From Selaginella moellendorffii (Eukaryota > Plantae > Lycopodiophyta): a stretch of DNA of 64,000 bases. Position 1 is the stretch's first letter. Every line of letters starts with the position of its first letter. The notes beneath the pieces are model-generated. The model was given only the letters and a program-made list of their open reading frames with translations. It had not been told where the DNA came from and ran no database searches. Positions 47,829-60,781 of the stretch are shown piece after piece. The translations under genes and the position numbers were made by a program. Location: contig NW_003314364.1 of the NCBI RefSeq assembly GCF_000143415.4, forward strand, positions 348,561-412,560, in the 5' to 3' direction.

Positions 47829-50824
47829 GTGCCCAATCTCCCCACACTTGCTACCATTTGAGGGGGCATCCACCACAAGAATCAAAGAAGAAACTCTCCA
47901 AAAACTCTCTATTTTTTGTTTTACATTGCTGTGTCTAGGATGGAATGCCACCCAACACCAAGCAGCAGTGGAGGGAGATCCAAGCCTCAGCCTTTGGCAC
48001 TTGGAAGAGGTGCTAGAGGTTGCGGCCTCAACATCTGATTGCCCCAAGGAGGGATGCTGAAGGGAAGAGCTGCCAACAACAAAACCCCAATTGGAAGGAG
48101 GGCTTCGCTAGGTTCTTTAATGGACAATGAGAAGCTCAGCTTGAGTGGCACGGTAGGAAGTAGTGAGCACACAGTCAGTGATCGAGCAGGCTTGAGGCAG
48201 AAATCACATCACACAGAAAGTGATGTGCTCATGGAGTGCGCGGCCAAGGATCTCCATAAAGAGGTCGTGCAAGGAATGAGAGAGATGATGGACAGGGCTC
48301 AGCCACTCGTAAGCTCCTTGCTGAACTTGCAGACACAGGTTCTGGCCCAACTAACTCCCCAACGTGCAATCTAGAAAAGTTTGTCCAACTGGAGCAAGAT
48401 GGCAGTGAGTACAAAGACAGATCGGCAACCAAGGATGGGATACCAGCATCAGGGATTATCCTTGAGACTGACTCAAGACTTTTTGGGAACCTACAAGAAA
48501 AAGACAATACACTGGAAGCAGTAGTCTTGCCTAGAGACATGGGAATGGTGATACACAAGACAGTGGGGCTGTGCAGGAGCATGGACAGAGCAGTAGAGTT
48601 GGAGATTCTAGGGGCATGGGCTAGGGACATTTCAACCAGCCTCACCAACCAAGCATCATGGCTCCCCTGAGCAACAAAGATGTGGGGAGAAATGTATAAT
48701 GCAACACCCCCCTTTCTTACATGGCTACTTGCTTGCTAAGCTCACTCCTCACTCCCTCAGTGGCACTCTGTGTCATGCTTAATCACGCCCAGCCCTAAAT
48801 GTTTAACGACTAAATTTAAATTAGTAACTTTAAATATTAATTAGTAGCACCATAATTTTGTAATTAGCCAGTGAATGAGCTATGGCTTGATTTAGGTTTT
48901 TCCTCATTGTTTTTTGTGTTCCTTCTTATATTTTCTATCTTATTTTTATCATTCTCTTTAGTATTATGGCTAGATTGGAATATATAAATCATGCTCAAGA
49001 TAGTATTCTTACTTTTTCTGATCTTATTGAGAGAAATAATAATATACTAGAATAGTCTTTAATTTATAGTAATGAAGTGGCATGCCTATGTAAGCAATGA
49101 GGTGGCATGCAAATCCAAATAAGCAAATGGGACCCACCCTAAATAAGTGCTGAATTGTGCATTCTACCCACACAGGAAGCAAGTGGTTTCTTAGGCTCTG
49201 GAGAATTAGCCAGTGGAGACAGGCTGCACAAGGAGGTGGCCACAAGCAAGGCTCTAGAACTGAGCTTTGTCACCCCCATCGCCGAGTGAACAGGACTTAG
49301 CGTGGTTCTCAATGTGGGAGAGACAGCTCTTGATCTCAATTCAAGATCTAATTGGAAAAACTAAAGGCAAGACATGTGCTAATCCAGGCAGGAACAGAGG
49401 CGGTGTCACCACAAGGGCAGTGGTGGCAGCAATGAGGGCAGCCATAGTTGCTGCACTACCAGTAAGTCAACACTTAGAGGAGCTGAGGGCAGATCCAGGA
49501 GAGGAGAAAAGCTTACACTCAAGTGAGAGATCTACAAGGGAACATGAAGTCTCATGATGTCCACAAGGTAGAGTCAAAGGATCAGGTCCATGGGGAAGAG
49601 TTGGTCTCACTAGGGCCAAAAGTGATATCCAGGCCCAGATCAAAAGGGGACCACTCAGCCAGAAGTTTGCCCACAGGTGCCTCTCAGATCTGACCAACAA
49701 AGTGAGAGTGTTGCTGCCTAGCTCTCTTGCGAAGTTTGTAGGATCTTGATTCAAGAGCAAAACTTCTCTTAGCCACCAGCCTAACAACAAGCCTCAGTCC
49801 CTTGTGATGCAACAATGTATGCCACACCAGATAGAAGAAGGAATGCTGTGTTGGGATCCCTCAACCTTCGCAGAGGCTCTGCAAGACACCACGCAGGGCA
49901 AAGTGCAGCTTCACACCAAGACATACTCACTATGGAGGTATGGTACCAGGAGGCAACTCCCTTGGGGGAAGACCAGATCCTTGGCCCCGCCCTCAGGGAA
50001 GCCCTTGAACTTGTGATGGTGGCATTGGTAACACAAAAAAAGCGGAAGAGAATGAACAGCCAAGATGCCCGAAAAACCATGATGCAAGAGGAAGAGACAA
50101 GCATGTGGAAGGCACAAGAGTCACAGGAACAAGAAGTGGAACAGGAAAGGGAACAAGGCAAGGAGACCCTAGGAGAGAGCAGAAAATGGAGACACTGAAG
50201 GAGGAACCGATTCTGGAAAAAAGAGACAAACTGTTAGCAGTACTGCTGGAAGAACAGGAGGGGGAGATGAAGCGCATGGGGCTGGAGATGGACAGAGAGG
50301 TAAAAAAAAACAAGATGGAAAGAATGCAAGGTGGTGTGAAAGAAGCTAAAATCCCAGAGTAGATCAAAGGAGGCCCTCGCATGGGCGAAAGAGGTGGAGG
50401 AGTTCTTATACGAAGAGGAGATGTTTTCTAAGGATCAGAAACAGGCTACAGGCAGATCACCTAAAGGAAAAGCCCAGGGAGCCTTGGCAGGATGTGGTTG
50501 GGAAAAGGTGGTAGCCAAGGAGCAGCCCACTTTGTGACATGGTCTGGATGGCCCCAAAGACCAAGGCAATTTAAGAGTTGAGTGAGAGTGAGGAGGTTGC
50601 TCCACACAGGGAAAGTTGGCAAAGGAAGTCTCACATGCAGAAGCCTTGAAACAAGAGTCCTACACAGGAGAACCAAGGAAACGGGCCAGCACAGTGCAAG
50701 ACCCCAAAGTGATAGCAAGGGCAATTAAGCTGGGCAAACTAAGCCAGGTAGTGGCAGCTAGAGAAGAACTACAACATAGAGCAGTGATCACAGTCTTCAA
50801 GGGGAAGTTTCCGACTTGTCATAT

Positions 50825-53800
50825 TGTTAGGCGCCAGCTTTGACTACGTGGTCAACGTCGGTCAAAGGGAGGCTCAAGGGTATATTAAGGCATGTTAGGG
50901 TAAGGGACTTAACCTACCCTAGGGCTCACAGTGGAGCGGCGGCGCGGCGGCGCAGTGGAGCTTTTGAGGTAGCTCAGGGGTGGTTGGGTGGTGAGGAACC
51001 TCAAGAGGTGGCGTAGCATAGTCTAGGGCAACGAGATCTTTGTCTTTTTGCGCCGGATCATAACATTGGTATCAGAGCATTGGTTGCGATGGCCGACCAA
51101 GCTGAACGCTGGAATCCTATCATCGATGGTGGTGCCGACGATGGTGCCGACGAAGTTGCGGAGATTTGGACCATTCAAGATGTGGTTCATGAGCTGCGAG
51201 CCCTTAATAAAAATCAGCAAGAGATGCAAGACGAGATGCATGGCATGATGGATACCATGCGTGGGCGTGTTGAGGCACTTGAGGCTGGACGGGGTAGCGC
51301 TCCAAGTAAGCCTTCTTTGGTAGATCGACTCAAGATTTCAACCTTTTCCGGTGATGGTGGTGTGGACGAGTGTCTCGCTTGGCTAGCCAATGTGAAGAAG
51401 TTCTTGGCTGCTAGAGGAACTCCAGATGCAGAGGCTTTAGTGGCTATTCCGATGGTTTTGCGTGATGCGGGTCTTCGATGGTGGAATTGGCTTGAGGAGT
51501 CCCGTGTTGCGGATAAGAAATCACTAGTATCTACCATGGATGAGTTTGAGGCTGCTTTCCGTTTACGTTTTGCCCCTCATTACGACGTGGAGAATGCTCG
51601 TACAGAACTTCGCCATTTCCAACAAGGGAAAATGACGCTTGGGGATTATATTGAGAAGCTTACTCGCTTGATTAGTCATGTTCCAACGAAGGATCCAGAT
51701 CAGAACAAATCCTACTTCATTGATGGCCTACATAGTGAGAGCATGTGGCAACACTTGCGTCATTCTCAGCCTACAAAGAGTTTGGAGGAGCTCTTTGATG
51801 CGGCTCGTTGACTTGATAATGACAAGCACAAGTCTTGCAAGCGTTCGCGGAGTCCTTCTGTCGAGCATCGTCGTGATGATTGCCGTGGACACAAGGATGG
51901 GAACAAGCATCACAAGTTGAAGTCGGTGGTGACTACCTCGGATGCAAAGGGGTCCAAGAAGCAGAAGTTCTTTGTGAAGAATTATAGACAGGGTTGTCAT
52001 CATTGCGGCGAACTTGGACACTACAAGGCTGATTGTCCGCAGTTGAAGAACAAGCAGCAGGACAAGAAGAATGGCCAATCTTCTTCTCACGGTAAGTCCG
52101 ATACTAAAAAGTTGCAAACTTTGCAGTGTGAGGAGGAGGAGAACGACCATTCCGGTCGGAGGAAGCGACTTTCGATCGTTGCTCGTCAGCTCAACTGTGT
52201 GTGGAACAAGATGGAGCTTGATGATACGCGTGAATCAGCTTTAATGTTGGAGGGCGTGTTCCGTGGCGATCCAATGCGGATTTTACTGGATAGTGGGAGC
52301 GATGACAACTTTGTTTCGGCAAAGTTTGTTGCGGAGCATCGCCTGAACACACGTGGAGTTCTTCCATACACAGTGGAAGATGCAGCTGCCTCTGCTCAGC
52401 ATTTCGATGCTTGTGTCGAGGGGCTGGAAGTGTTGGTTGGCAAAACCACACTTGTGGAGACTTTTTATCTCGCGGATATCCATCGTGTGGATCTCATTCT
52501 TGGGATGCCATGGTTGGTGAAGGTGGATCCAGAGATAAAGTGGAGCATTAAGTGTATCTCGCTGGAGTATGGTGGCGTTAAAGATGTGTGGTTTGGCGAG
52601 GGCGTTCAACCACCAGTTGTTATGCTCTCTGCTACATCTTTGAAGCAGGCTTGTCGTAATGGAAAAGCACTTTCAAGTTACTTGCTGTTTGTTTGTGACT
52701 TGGGGGACCAAGGCACGTGTGGGGGAGAAGCAGCAGTACGGGATGTACTTGATGAGTTTTCTGATGTTTTTCCATCTGAACTTCCTCATGGATTGCCTCC
52801 ATTACGAGGTGTGGAGCATGTGATTACATTGGAGCCGGGGACGCGGCCAATTTACCGGCGTCCATTTCGGTTAAGTTATGCAGAGGAGCAAGAAGTTCAA
52901 CGACAAGTCAAGGAGTTACTTGAGTTTGGATTTATTCAGCCAAGTAAGTCTCCGTTTGGTGCTCCGGTCTTGCTTGTGAAGAAGAAGGACGGTTCAATGC
53001 AGATGTGTATTGACTACCGTGCTTTAAACAAGAAGACAGTGAAGGGCAAAATGCCGATGCCACGTGTGGATGATATCCTAGACAAGCTTGGTGAAGCACG
53101 AGTGTTTACCAAGATTGATCTGAGGAGTGGATATCATCAGATTGCAATGGATGATGCATCTATCTCCAAGACGGCATTCAACACAAGCTTCGGACATTTT
53201 GAGTTTACCGTTATGCCATTTGGTTTGACGAATGCACCGGCCACATTTACTCAGTTGATGACGGAGGTATTTAGGCGTTATCTTCATGAGTTTGTGGAGA
53301 TTTTCTTGGACGATATTCTTGTTTTTAGCAAGAATATGGAGGAGCATAGGGTGCATTTGCGCAAGGTTCTTTTGTTACTTCGAGACAGCAAACTTTATGC
53401 GAAGAAGAGCAAATGTGAATTTGCAAAGTCGGAGGTGGAATATCTAGGCCATATTGTGACATCTAAGGGTGTCAAGATGGATCCAAGGAAGGTGGCTGTG
53501 GTGGAAAACTGGCCTACACCGACTACAGTGGCCGAGTTGCGCAGTTTTCTTGGTATGGCTAGTTACTACCGACATTTCCAGCATAAGTTTGCAGAGGTGG
53601 CTATTCTGTTGACGCGGTTGTTACGCAAGAATGTGCCATTCGAGTGGAAGACGCCACAAGAGGAGAGTTTTGTGGCGCTGAAACGATTGTTGATCGAGGC
53701 TCCAGTGCTTCGCATTGCTGATCCATCGAAACCTTACGAGGTGACATGCGATGCGAGTGGTTATGCACTGGGAGGAGTTCTCATGCAAGAGGGACAGCCT

Positions 53801-55756
53801 ATTGCATATGAGAGTCGAACTTTGAATTCCGCGGAGCAACGCTATTCCACATATGAGCAAGAGTTACTCTCTATTGTTCATGCTTTGCGGACGTGGCGGC
53901 ACTATCTTTATGGTGCAGTGTTCGTGGTGTTGACAGATCATAAACCACTTGTGTATCTTTTCACACAGAAGGAGTTGAACACTAGGCAAGCTCGTTGGAT
54001 GGTCAAACTCATGGAGTTTGGGGAGTTTCCTATTGAGCATCGTCCGGGAAAATCAAATGTGGTGGCGGATGCTTTATCTCGTGTTCGTCATGTGACGATG
54101 TTACGAACACGATTTTGTCATCATTTGAGTAAGGTGGTCAGCGAGTTTGGGCAGTTGGTTGAGCATGCTCAGGCTCAGGATGCTGAGGTGGCCTCTTTGC
54201 GAGACCAGATGGAAGCTCCTTTCTCATTGGTGGATGGGAGTTTCTACTACAATGGCCGTGTCTATTTGCCACGGGTGGATGCGTTAATTACTCAAGTTTT
54301 ATTCCACTATCATGATCGTCCAGAGGCCGGTCATTTTGGGGGGAAGAAGACGTATGAGTTGATTAAGCGCAACTTTTATTGGAGGAATATGAAGGCTGAT
54401 ATCCTCAAGTATTGTAAATCATGCGAGCTTTGTCAGCGGGTTAAGGTGCCACGGGAGAAGCCGGGGGGACTTTTGCAACCTTTACCTATTCCTTAGAGCC
54501 GTTGGTGTAGTATCTCTATGGACTTCATCACTTGTTTGCCACGAACACAGAGGCAAAAGGAGCAAGTATAGGTCATAGTAGATCGGTTGACGAAGTATGT
54601 GCGGTTGTTGGCTCTTCGGAAGACTGTCACTGCCTCAGACTTGGCTGCGGTTTACTTGGAGAAGGTTTTTCCTGATTTTGGTTTGCCGGAGGATATCATT
54701 AGTGATCGAGATTCAAAGTTCACCAGTGGATTTTGGAAAAGTTTTGCAAAGGCTATGCAAGTGACTTTGAAACTCTCGAGTGGAGATCATCCTTAGACGG
54801 ATGGGCAAACTGAGCGTGTGAATCAGGTGGTGGAGGATATGCTACGTTGTAGCATTGGTCAAAGGCAAGGACAGTGGGATCTATATCTTTCGTTGGTGCA
54901 ATTTGCTTACAACAATAGCCAACACAGTGGAACCAAGCTAAGTCCTTACTTTGCGATGTTTGGAAGGCATCCTCGAACAGCGGTGGAGTTGGGATTGCAT
55001 TTGAGTAAGGACGTTCAAGAAAAGCTTGATTCCGAGGCAACTGATCTGGCCACAGAACTTGATGAGATTCTGGTGGTATGCAAACGGAATTTGCAAGCAG
55101 CTCAGGATAGAGCGGAGAAGTTTGCTAATGAGCATCGCCAATTCCGGGAATATAAGGTGGGTGATCTCGTTTTCGTGTGAGTGATCTTTCCGTCAAGTGA
55201 GCAGCGGAACACCTTGGTGCCTTTACGGATAGGGAAGAGTGATAAACTCTTCCATCGATATGCTGGTCCATATGAAGTGCTAGAGTGCATTGGTAAAGCG
55301 GCTTATCGGGTGCGGCTGCCAGCTGGGGTGAAAATTCATCCGGTATTTTATGTCAGCCAGTTGAAAGGTGTACTATCTCGGAGTGACGGGCCCAATGCCT
55401 CCTTGATGTATACGGCTGTGGAAGATGGACCAGGAGCTTGAGCAGGATTCCCCAGAAAGGGTGATCACCGGTACAACTCGTCCTTGGGACAAGGACTTTG
55501 TTGGGGGGGAAGAATTGTTAGGCGCCAGCTTTGACTACGTGGTCAACGTCGGTCAAAGGGAGGCTCAAGGGTATATTAAGGCATGTTAGGGTAAGGGACT
55601 TAACCTACCCTAGGGCTCACAGTGGAGCGGCGGCGCGGCGGCGCAGTGGAGCTTTTGAGGTAGCTCGGGGGTGGTTGGGTGGTGAGGAACCTCAAGAGGT
55701 GGCGTAGCATAGTCTAGGGCAACGAGATCTTTGTCTTTTTGTGCCGGATCATAACA
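50825..55756 (+). mobile_element. Structurally complete Ty3/gypsy LTR retrotransposon
   Basis: 241-bp LTRs at 50825-51065 and 55516-55756 (TG...CA, 2 differences seen). TSD CATAT, PBS TGGTATCAGAGC at 51067-51078, PPT GGGGGGGAAGAA. Confidence 0.96.
51089..55441 (+). pseudogene. gag-pol single frame with five in-frame stops
   Basis: Gag, CCHC knuckle (CHHCGELGHYKADC), protease LLDSGS, RT FLDD, RNase H (CDASG, TDHKPL), integrase HHCC, core (ISDRD) and GPY motif. Stops at 51809, 54494, 54569, 54794 and 55178. Confidence 0.9.
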
Positions 55757-56015
55757 CATATAGCCATTGACTGGCTAAACGTTGTGCTTGAACAGGGGAT
55801 TTCCATCAAGGACCTGCTCCCACACGGTTGAGGGTGCTACACAATGGTGTTCAAGACAGAGGAGGCTTGGGCCCAAGTAGAGGAGCTACATGGACTCATC
55901 AATGACAACTGGGCTATGTCCTTCCACCCATGGATTCTAAGGTTCATGGTTGATGATCAAGAAAAGCATTGAAGTGGGCAAGTTTTGCACTCAACAGGGC
56001 ACTTTGGGACATCAT

Positions 56016-56746
56016 TGTAGCGCATGTGATCATGGGATGAGATTTGGATATACTGTCACCATGGATCCTATGAACTTTGGGGGATAAATGGGGATAAAAT
56101 AGCCACTAAGGGCTTTCTCATCAAGCAATTGCCCTTTTTCCAGTTGGCTTAAGGGGAGAGAGATAAAGTGCGTTACAGTTGGTATCGGAGCAAATGGCAC
56201 GGGTTCGATTCCCATTGATTAGTGGCTACTTAAAAATATAATATACCCTTGAGCAAGGTATATTCCTACCCTTAAATATGAAATCGTACGTATTGGGCAT
56301 CCATGCATACGTCTTTCCTCTTGTGTGGAGTATCCACAAACGAAAGTATCCATTGTGGGACTGCGGTATCACATGGAATAGCTAATCTACACAATGGAAG
56401 GATTGGTAGATTGAGTGCGGAAATGGAGGTAGATGACTAGTTGCCTCACATGGAATAGCTAATCTACACAATGGAAGGATTGGTAGATTGAGTGCGGAAA
56501 TGGAGGTGTTGGTTCCCCTTAGCTCAGTAGGGGTTGTTAGTCAATAGTCAATGAGGACATTGACATCTCTAAAGGGGGGGTGAGTGTAGCGCATGTGATA
56601 ATGGGATAAGATTTGGATATACTATCACCGTGGATCCTTGGAATCTTGGGGGATAAATGGGGATAAAATAGCCACTAAGGGCTCTCTCATCAAAAAATTG
56701 CCCCTTTTCTAGTTGGCTTAAGGGGAGAGAGATAAAGTGCGCTACA
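56016..56746 (+). mobile_element. TRIM (731 bp)
   Basis: 162-bp LTRs at 56016-56177 and 56585-56746 (TGTAGCG...TACA). PBS TGGTATCGGAGC, PPT AAAGGGGGGG, TSD ATCAT/ATCAC. Confidence 0.88.
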
Positions 56747-59700
56747 ATCACAATAGAGATGGGGATCAAGAAGGTGATAAAAGAGTTGGTTGAAGGAAGC
56801 ATTGGACAGATTGCTTTGGGCTTGGACACCGTGGACACAAACAAGATCCTAGGTCTTATCAGGCTTAAGGTCTTTGTCTCATCACCATCAAAGCTTCTAA
56901 CAAAGATAGCAGTCATGGGACAATACATTGAATCCAGGTGGAGAACTTAGCACCATGGTGTGGTTTCTACCTACATCCCGAGCACAACAAGAATGTGTGC
57001 ACCACCAAACAACCCAAGCTTGCTCCGGGATAACCTTTTGAACTCCTAGAGGTAGTGAAGAAGCAACTGAAGCAACATCCTCTGGAATAGGCTCCACATA
57101 TCCAATCCCCAAGTGTGCCACCTTTCTTTGGGCCTAAGACACAGCCTAGAATGTTCAAGATCCTGATTGCTGAAAAGGATGGTGAAGGTTTTCAGCCAGT
57201 TCTTCCTCGGACAGTGAACATGGTGGTCAGATGGATCCCGCATAAGAGAGAGCTGACAACCATAGAGGCTGGCGATTGGTTGATGTACTGGGGACACACA
57301 ACATTCCTAGAGGTCATCATGCTTGGAGACTACCAGACTCCTATAGAATGCACCATCATAGAGTGGATGGGCTTTGCAGAATATGCAGTATGTGGCTTCT
57401 CCTAGACCAAGTATAAGGGGAAGCTCACTGCAGTGTGGACTATTCCATGGAATGGAGGGCTAGGCCCAGCAACACAGTATTCTCTTGGAAATACGTTACT
57501 CCATGACTACACTCTCAATCCTAACATGGAACTATTGGGGACTGAGTTCTGACAAAAACAGACTTAACAAGAGAATACAACTCAAGTCCCACATCTGGAA
57601 GATCAGACTGGAGGGGAGGATTGACATACTATGCATTCAAGAGCACAAGATGGTGAAGGCACTAGACTTCAACCTGGGCATGCGAGGGAGACTCTGGTGG
57701 AATCCGGCCAGGAAGTATGGTGATCATCGTCTCTACCAAATGGTCAGCGTAGGTATGTGATCACAGGGTGCTAGTCCTGGGGAAAGCACAGTTGTTGGTC
57801 ATGCACCTACACTTTGGGCGTGTTGGGATTGTCAACATTTATGCACCTACTCAGTGAAGGGAGCATGCACAGATGTGGGTAGAAATTCAGTAGAGCACTC
57901 AAGGAGTGGCAGATGAGTGGCTCATGGTAGGAGACTTTAATATGGTCGAGGATTTGAGCCACCATCGAGGCTCATTGGAAACCATTTAAGGGCGAGAGAG
58001 GAAGAGTTGAACAGTGCTAGTGGAAGCCTTGGGAATCCTAGACCTCCAGCATGTGGAGGGTTTTTCTACTCATTCCCATCCATTCACGAGATGGCAATTG
58101 ATGGGGTGCCAAGCACACCTAGACAGGATTTATGCCTCCACTAGGCTGCAACAAGATGGCAAAGCGCTCAAAATGTGGCTTGCATTTGCCAGCTTTTTGG
58201 ACCACAACCCACTCCAAGGTGTCCTTAAGTTATAGGTTGAGAAAGGAATGGCAGTGCAATGGAGGATCACCAAAGCTACATTTGCTGACTAGGTAGCTTT
58301 GGAGTTTGTCTGGGAATCACTGGATGAGTGTAAAGGGGAACTTGTCTTAGCACTAAGTACTTGCTCCACCAAGCTTCTAAAAAGGCAGTCAGCACTCAAA
58401 GGGGAAGTCTTGAAGAAGGTGAGGTTAGTGAGAGCGGCCCAAAGAAGGGTACTGAGCACAAACAACATGGACAGCAATACTGGATGAGAGGGATGCTGAC
58501 ACAAACCATAAGAATATTCTAAGAATATTCTATAGCATGTGGAATTTAAGGCCATAATGCCTTAAGGGTTAGGAGGTTAGCCTAGAGCTTGCTCTCTTAT
58601 TCATTTCATTGGTATCGGAATAACATGTTCTTTTGGGGATGGCAAGTGAGCAAGATATTGATATTGATGAGGAGTATGGCATTAGTGATGATGGAGGAAG
58701 AAATTCTTGATGATGTCGTTGTGTGGCATGCTTTTTTATGGTGGAAGAATTACATCAAAGCTAATCCAAAGCTAACTTCTTGGATTGATTTGACAAAAGT
58801 TTTCCATACTTCATTTGTCAAGAAGTTTGAAGAAGTTGATTTTATGAATTAGCTATTAGAGATTTAGTAGGGGACTTTGTCTTTGGATGCATATGCTCGC
58901 AAGTTCTGTGATCTTTGCCTTAGTCTCATGGGCACCTATAATCAGCTGCTAAAGGTGCAATGTTTTATTAAAGGTTTGAGTTCAGTGGATGTGCAGCAGA
59001 AGGTCAAGAAGGATTTTCCAATAATGTTGACTGATGCTATCACTAAGGCTTAGATATTTTCACCCAAACTGTCAGTCAACTTGGTCAACTCTGGTCAACA
59101 GGATGGTCTATGGGGTAGTCAACGTGATGACCAACCCACCAATACTTCATCTTCGGGAAAGAAACAGCCATTGTTCCATTGTGGCTCAAAGAGTGGAAAT
59201 AGTACTAAGGCCAAAAGACATCGTTTGGACCAGCGAGAAAAAGACAAAGTGGAGGGTAATTGTTTTTGTTGTCACAAGACTAGACATCATAGCATGTCCT
59301 CTTGTGAAAGGATCAAAGAATGCTAAAGTGAATGTGATGGAATCCATTGTGGATACAGCTCAGGCATCTATTGTGGAGGCTCTTCCACACCCTGTGGCAA
59401 AAGGTCAAGAATCTAAGTCTTAAATTTGTATCAACTCTGTAGATATTAATGGTTCTATGCGCAATCAACTTGTGAAGGCCAAGGGGGACATTCAGAGTAG
59501 TGCTGTTAGTATTCTTTTTGGTCCAAGTGCTACTCACAACTTTTTGAGATCCAAGTTGGTGAAGAAACTTGGTTTGCTTGTGGAAAAGAGTTCAGTAATC
59601 TATGAGATGGTTATGGCAGATGGATATAACACTCGTGTTTACGGTGAATGGGCTCCAAATGTTTCTTTGATGGTTCAAGGGATTCTCAACCATCCCTTGT

Positions 59701-60031
59701 TCCAGGTTATGGGTCTTGGTTTCACAAATGTTATTCTTGAGAAGGAATGGTTTTATAATAGGAAGCTAGGGATCGATTAGAAGTGTAATGTTCTACATAT
59801 CAAAGTTGGTGGCATTGTGAAAGAAATTGTTAGGATAGACACTAGTGATACTCCATTGATTAACGCTTTGGAGTTGATGACCTGCACGTATGAGATAGCT
59901 AGCTCTTTCATGGTGTACCTGTTTCTTTCTAATATGATCATGTCTGATTTGGAGGTGGATTCCATTTAGGAGGAGTTCTGTGATGTGTTTCTGGATGAGT
60001 TGCTTGATGGTTTACCTCCCGAACATGGAAT

Positions 60032-60736
60032 TGTGAGACACAAATCCCTAAGCCCCAAAGTGGAGCCGAAAGGGTGCCACGTGGTAGTGGCTGAAGCAAA
60101 AGCCAAACGAGCATAACACGTTTGGACTAAAAGGCTCCGACTTGAAAGGTTGAGAGCGGGAGTGGAACTCCCAACGGAGTGCTCAAGGAACGAGTATGAA
60201 GCAAGCAATAAGCGAGGCCCCAAAAAGGGACCCAAAAGGACCAACACATGACACGTGGAAGTGTCCGAGATGGAGTCCGAGATGGACCCGAAATGGAGTC
60301 CGAGGTGGACTGAGAAGGAGTCTGAGGTGGAGTCCAAGGTGGATCCGAGATGGACCCGAGATAGAGTCCAAGGTGGACTGAGACGGAGTCCGAGGTGGAG
60401 TCCGAGGTGGATCCGAGATGGACCTGAGATGGAGTCCGAGATGGAGTCTGAGATGGACCCAAGATGGATCCGAGATTGAGTTCGAGGTGGACCCGAGATG
60501 GACCCGAGATGGATCCGAGATTGAGTTCGAGACGGACCTGAGATGGAGTCCGAGATGGACCGAGACAGAGTCCAAGATGGAGTCCGAGATGGAGTCCAAG
60601 GTGGACCAAGACGGAGTCCGAGATGGAGTCCGAGGTGGACCGAGACGGAGTCCGAGATGGAGTCCGAGATGGACCCGAGATGGAATCCGAGAAGGACCCG
60701 AGATGGAGTCCGAGGTTGAGACCAAGACCGGGACCA

Positions 60737-60781
<45 letters not shown>

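Larger units (their letters stand above)
47834..58560 (+). mobile_element. Degenerate L1-type LINE (ORF1 plus APE endonuclease of ORF2), interrupted by a gypsy element and a TRIM
   Basis: ORF1-like reading is restored across the gypsy insertion (AVITVFKGKFPTCH|IAIDWLNVV). APE motifs: ILTWNYWGL, IDILCIQEHK, NIYAP, GDFNMV, LDRIY, DHNP. No RT domain was seen, and the 5' boundary is uncertain. Confidence 0.65.

Noticed and set aside
48700-49165. AT-rich insert within the LINE region
   Set aside because: Possibly another insertion, but termini and TSD could not be established.
55181-55441. Chromodomain at the end of the gypsy integrase
   Set aside because: The frame ends shortly after the GPY motif, with no chromodomain-like sequence before the PPT.
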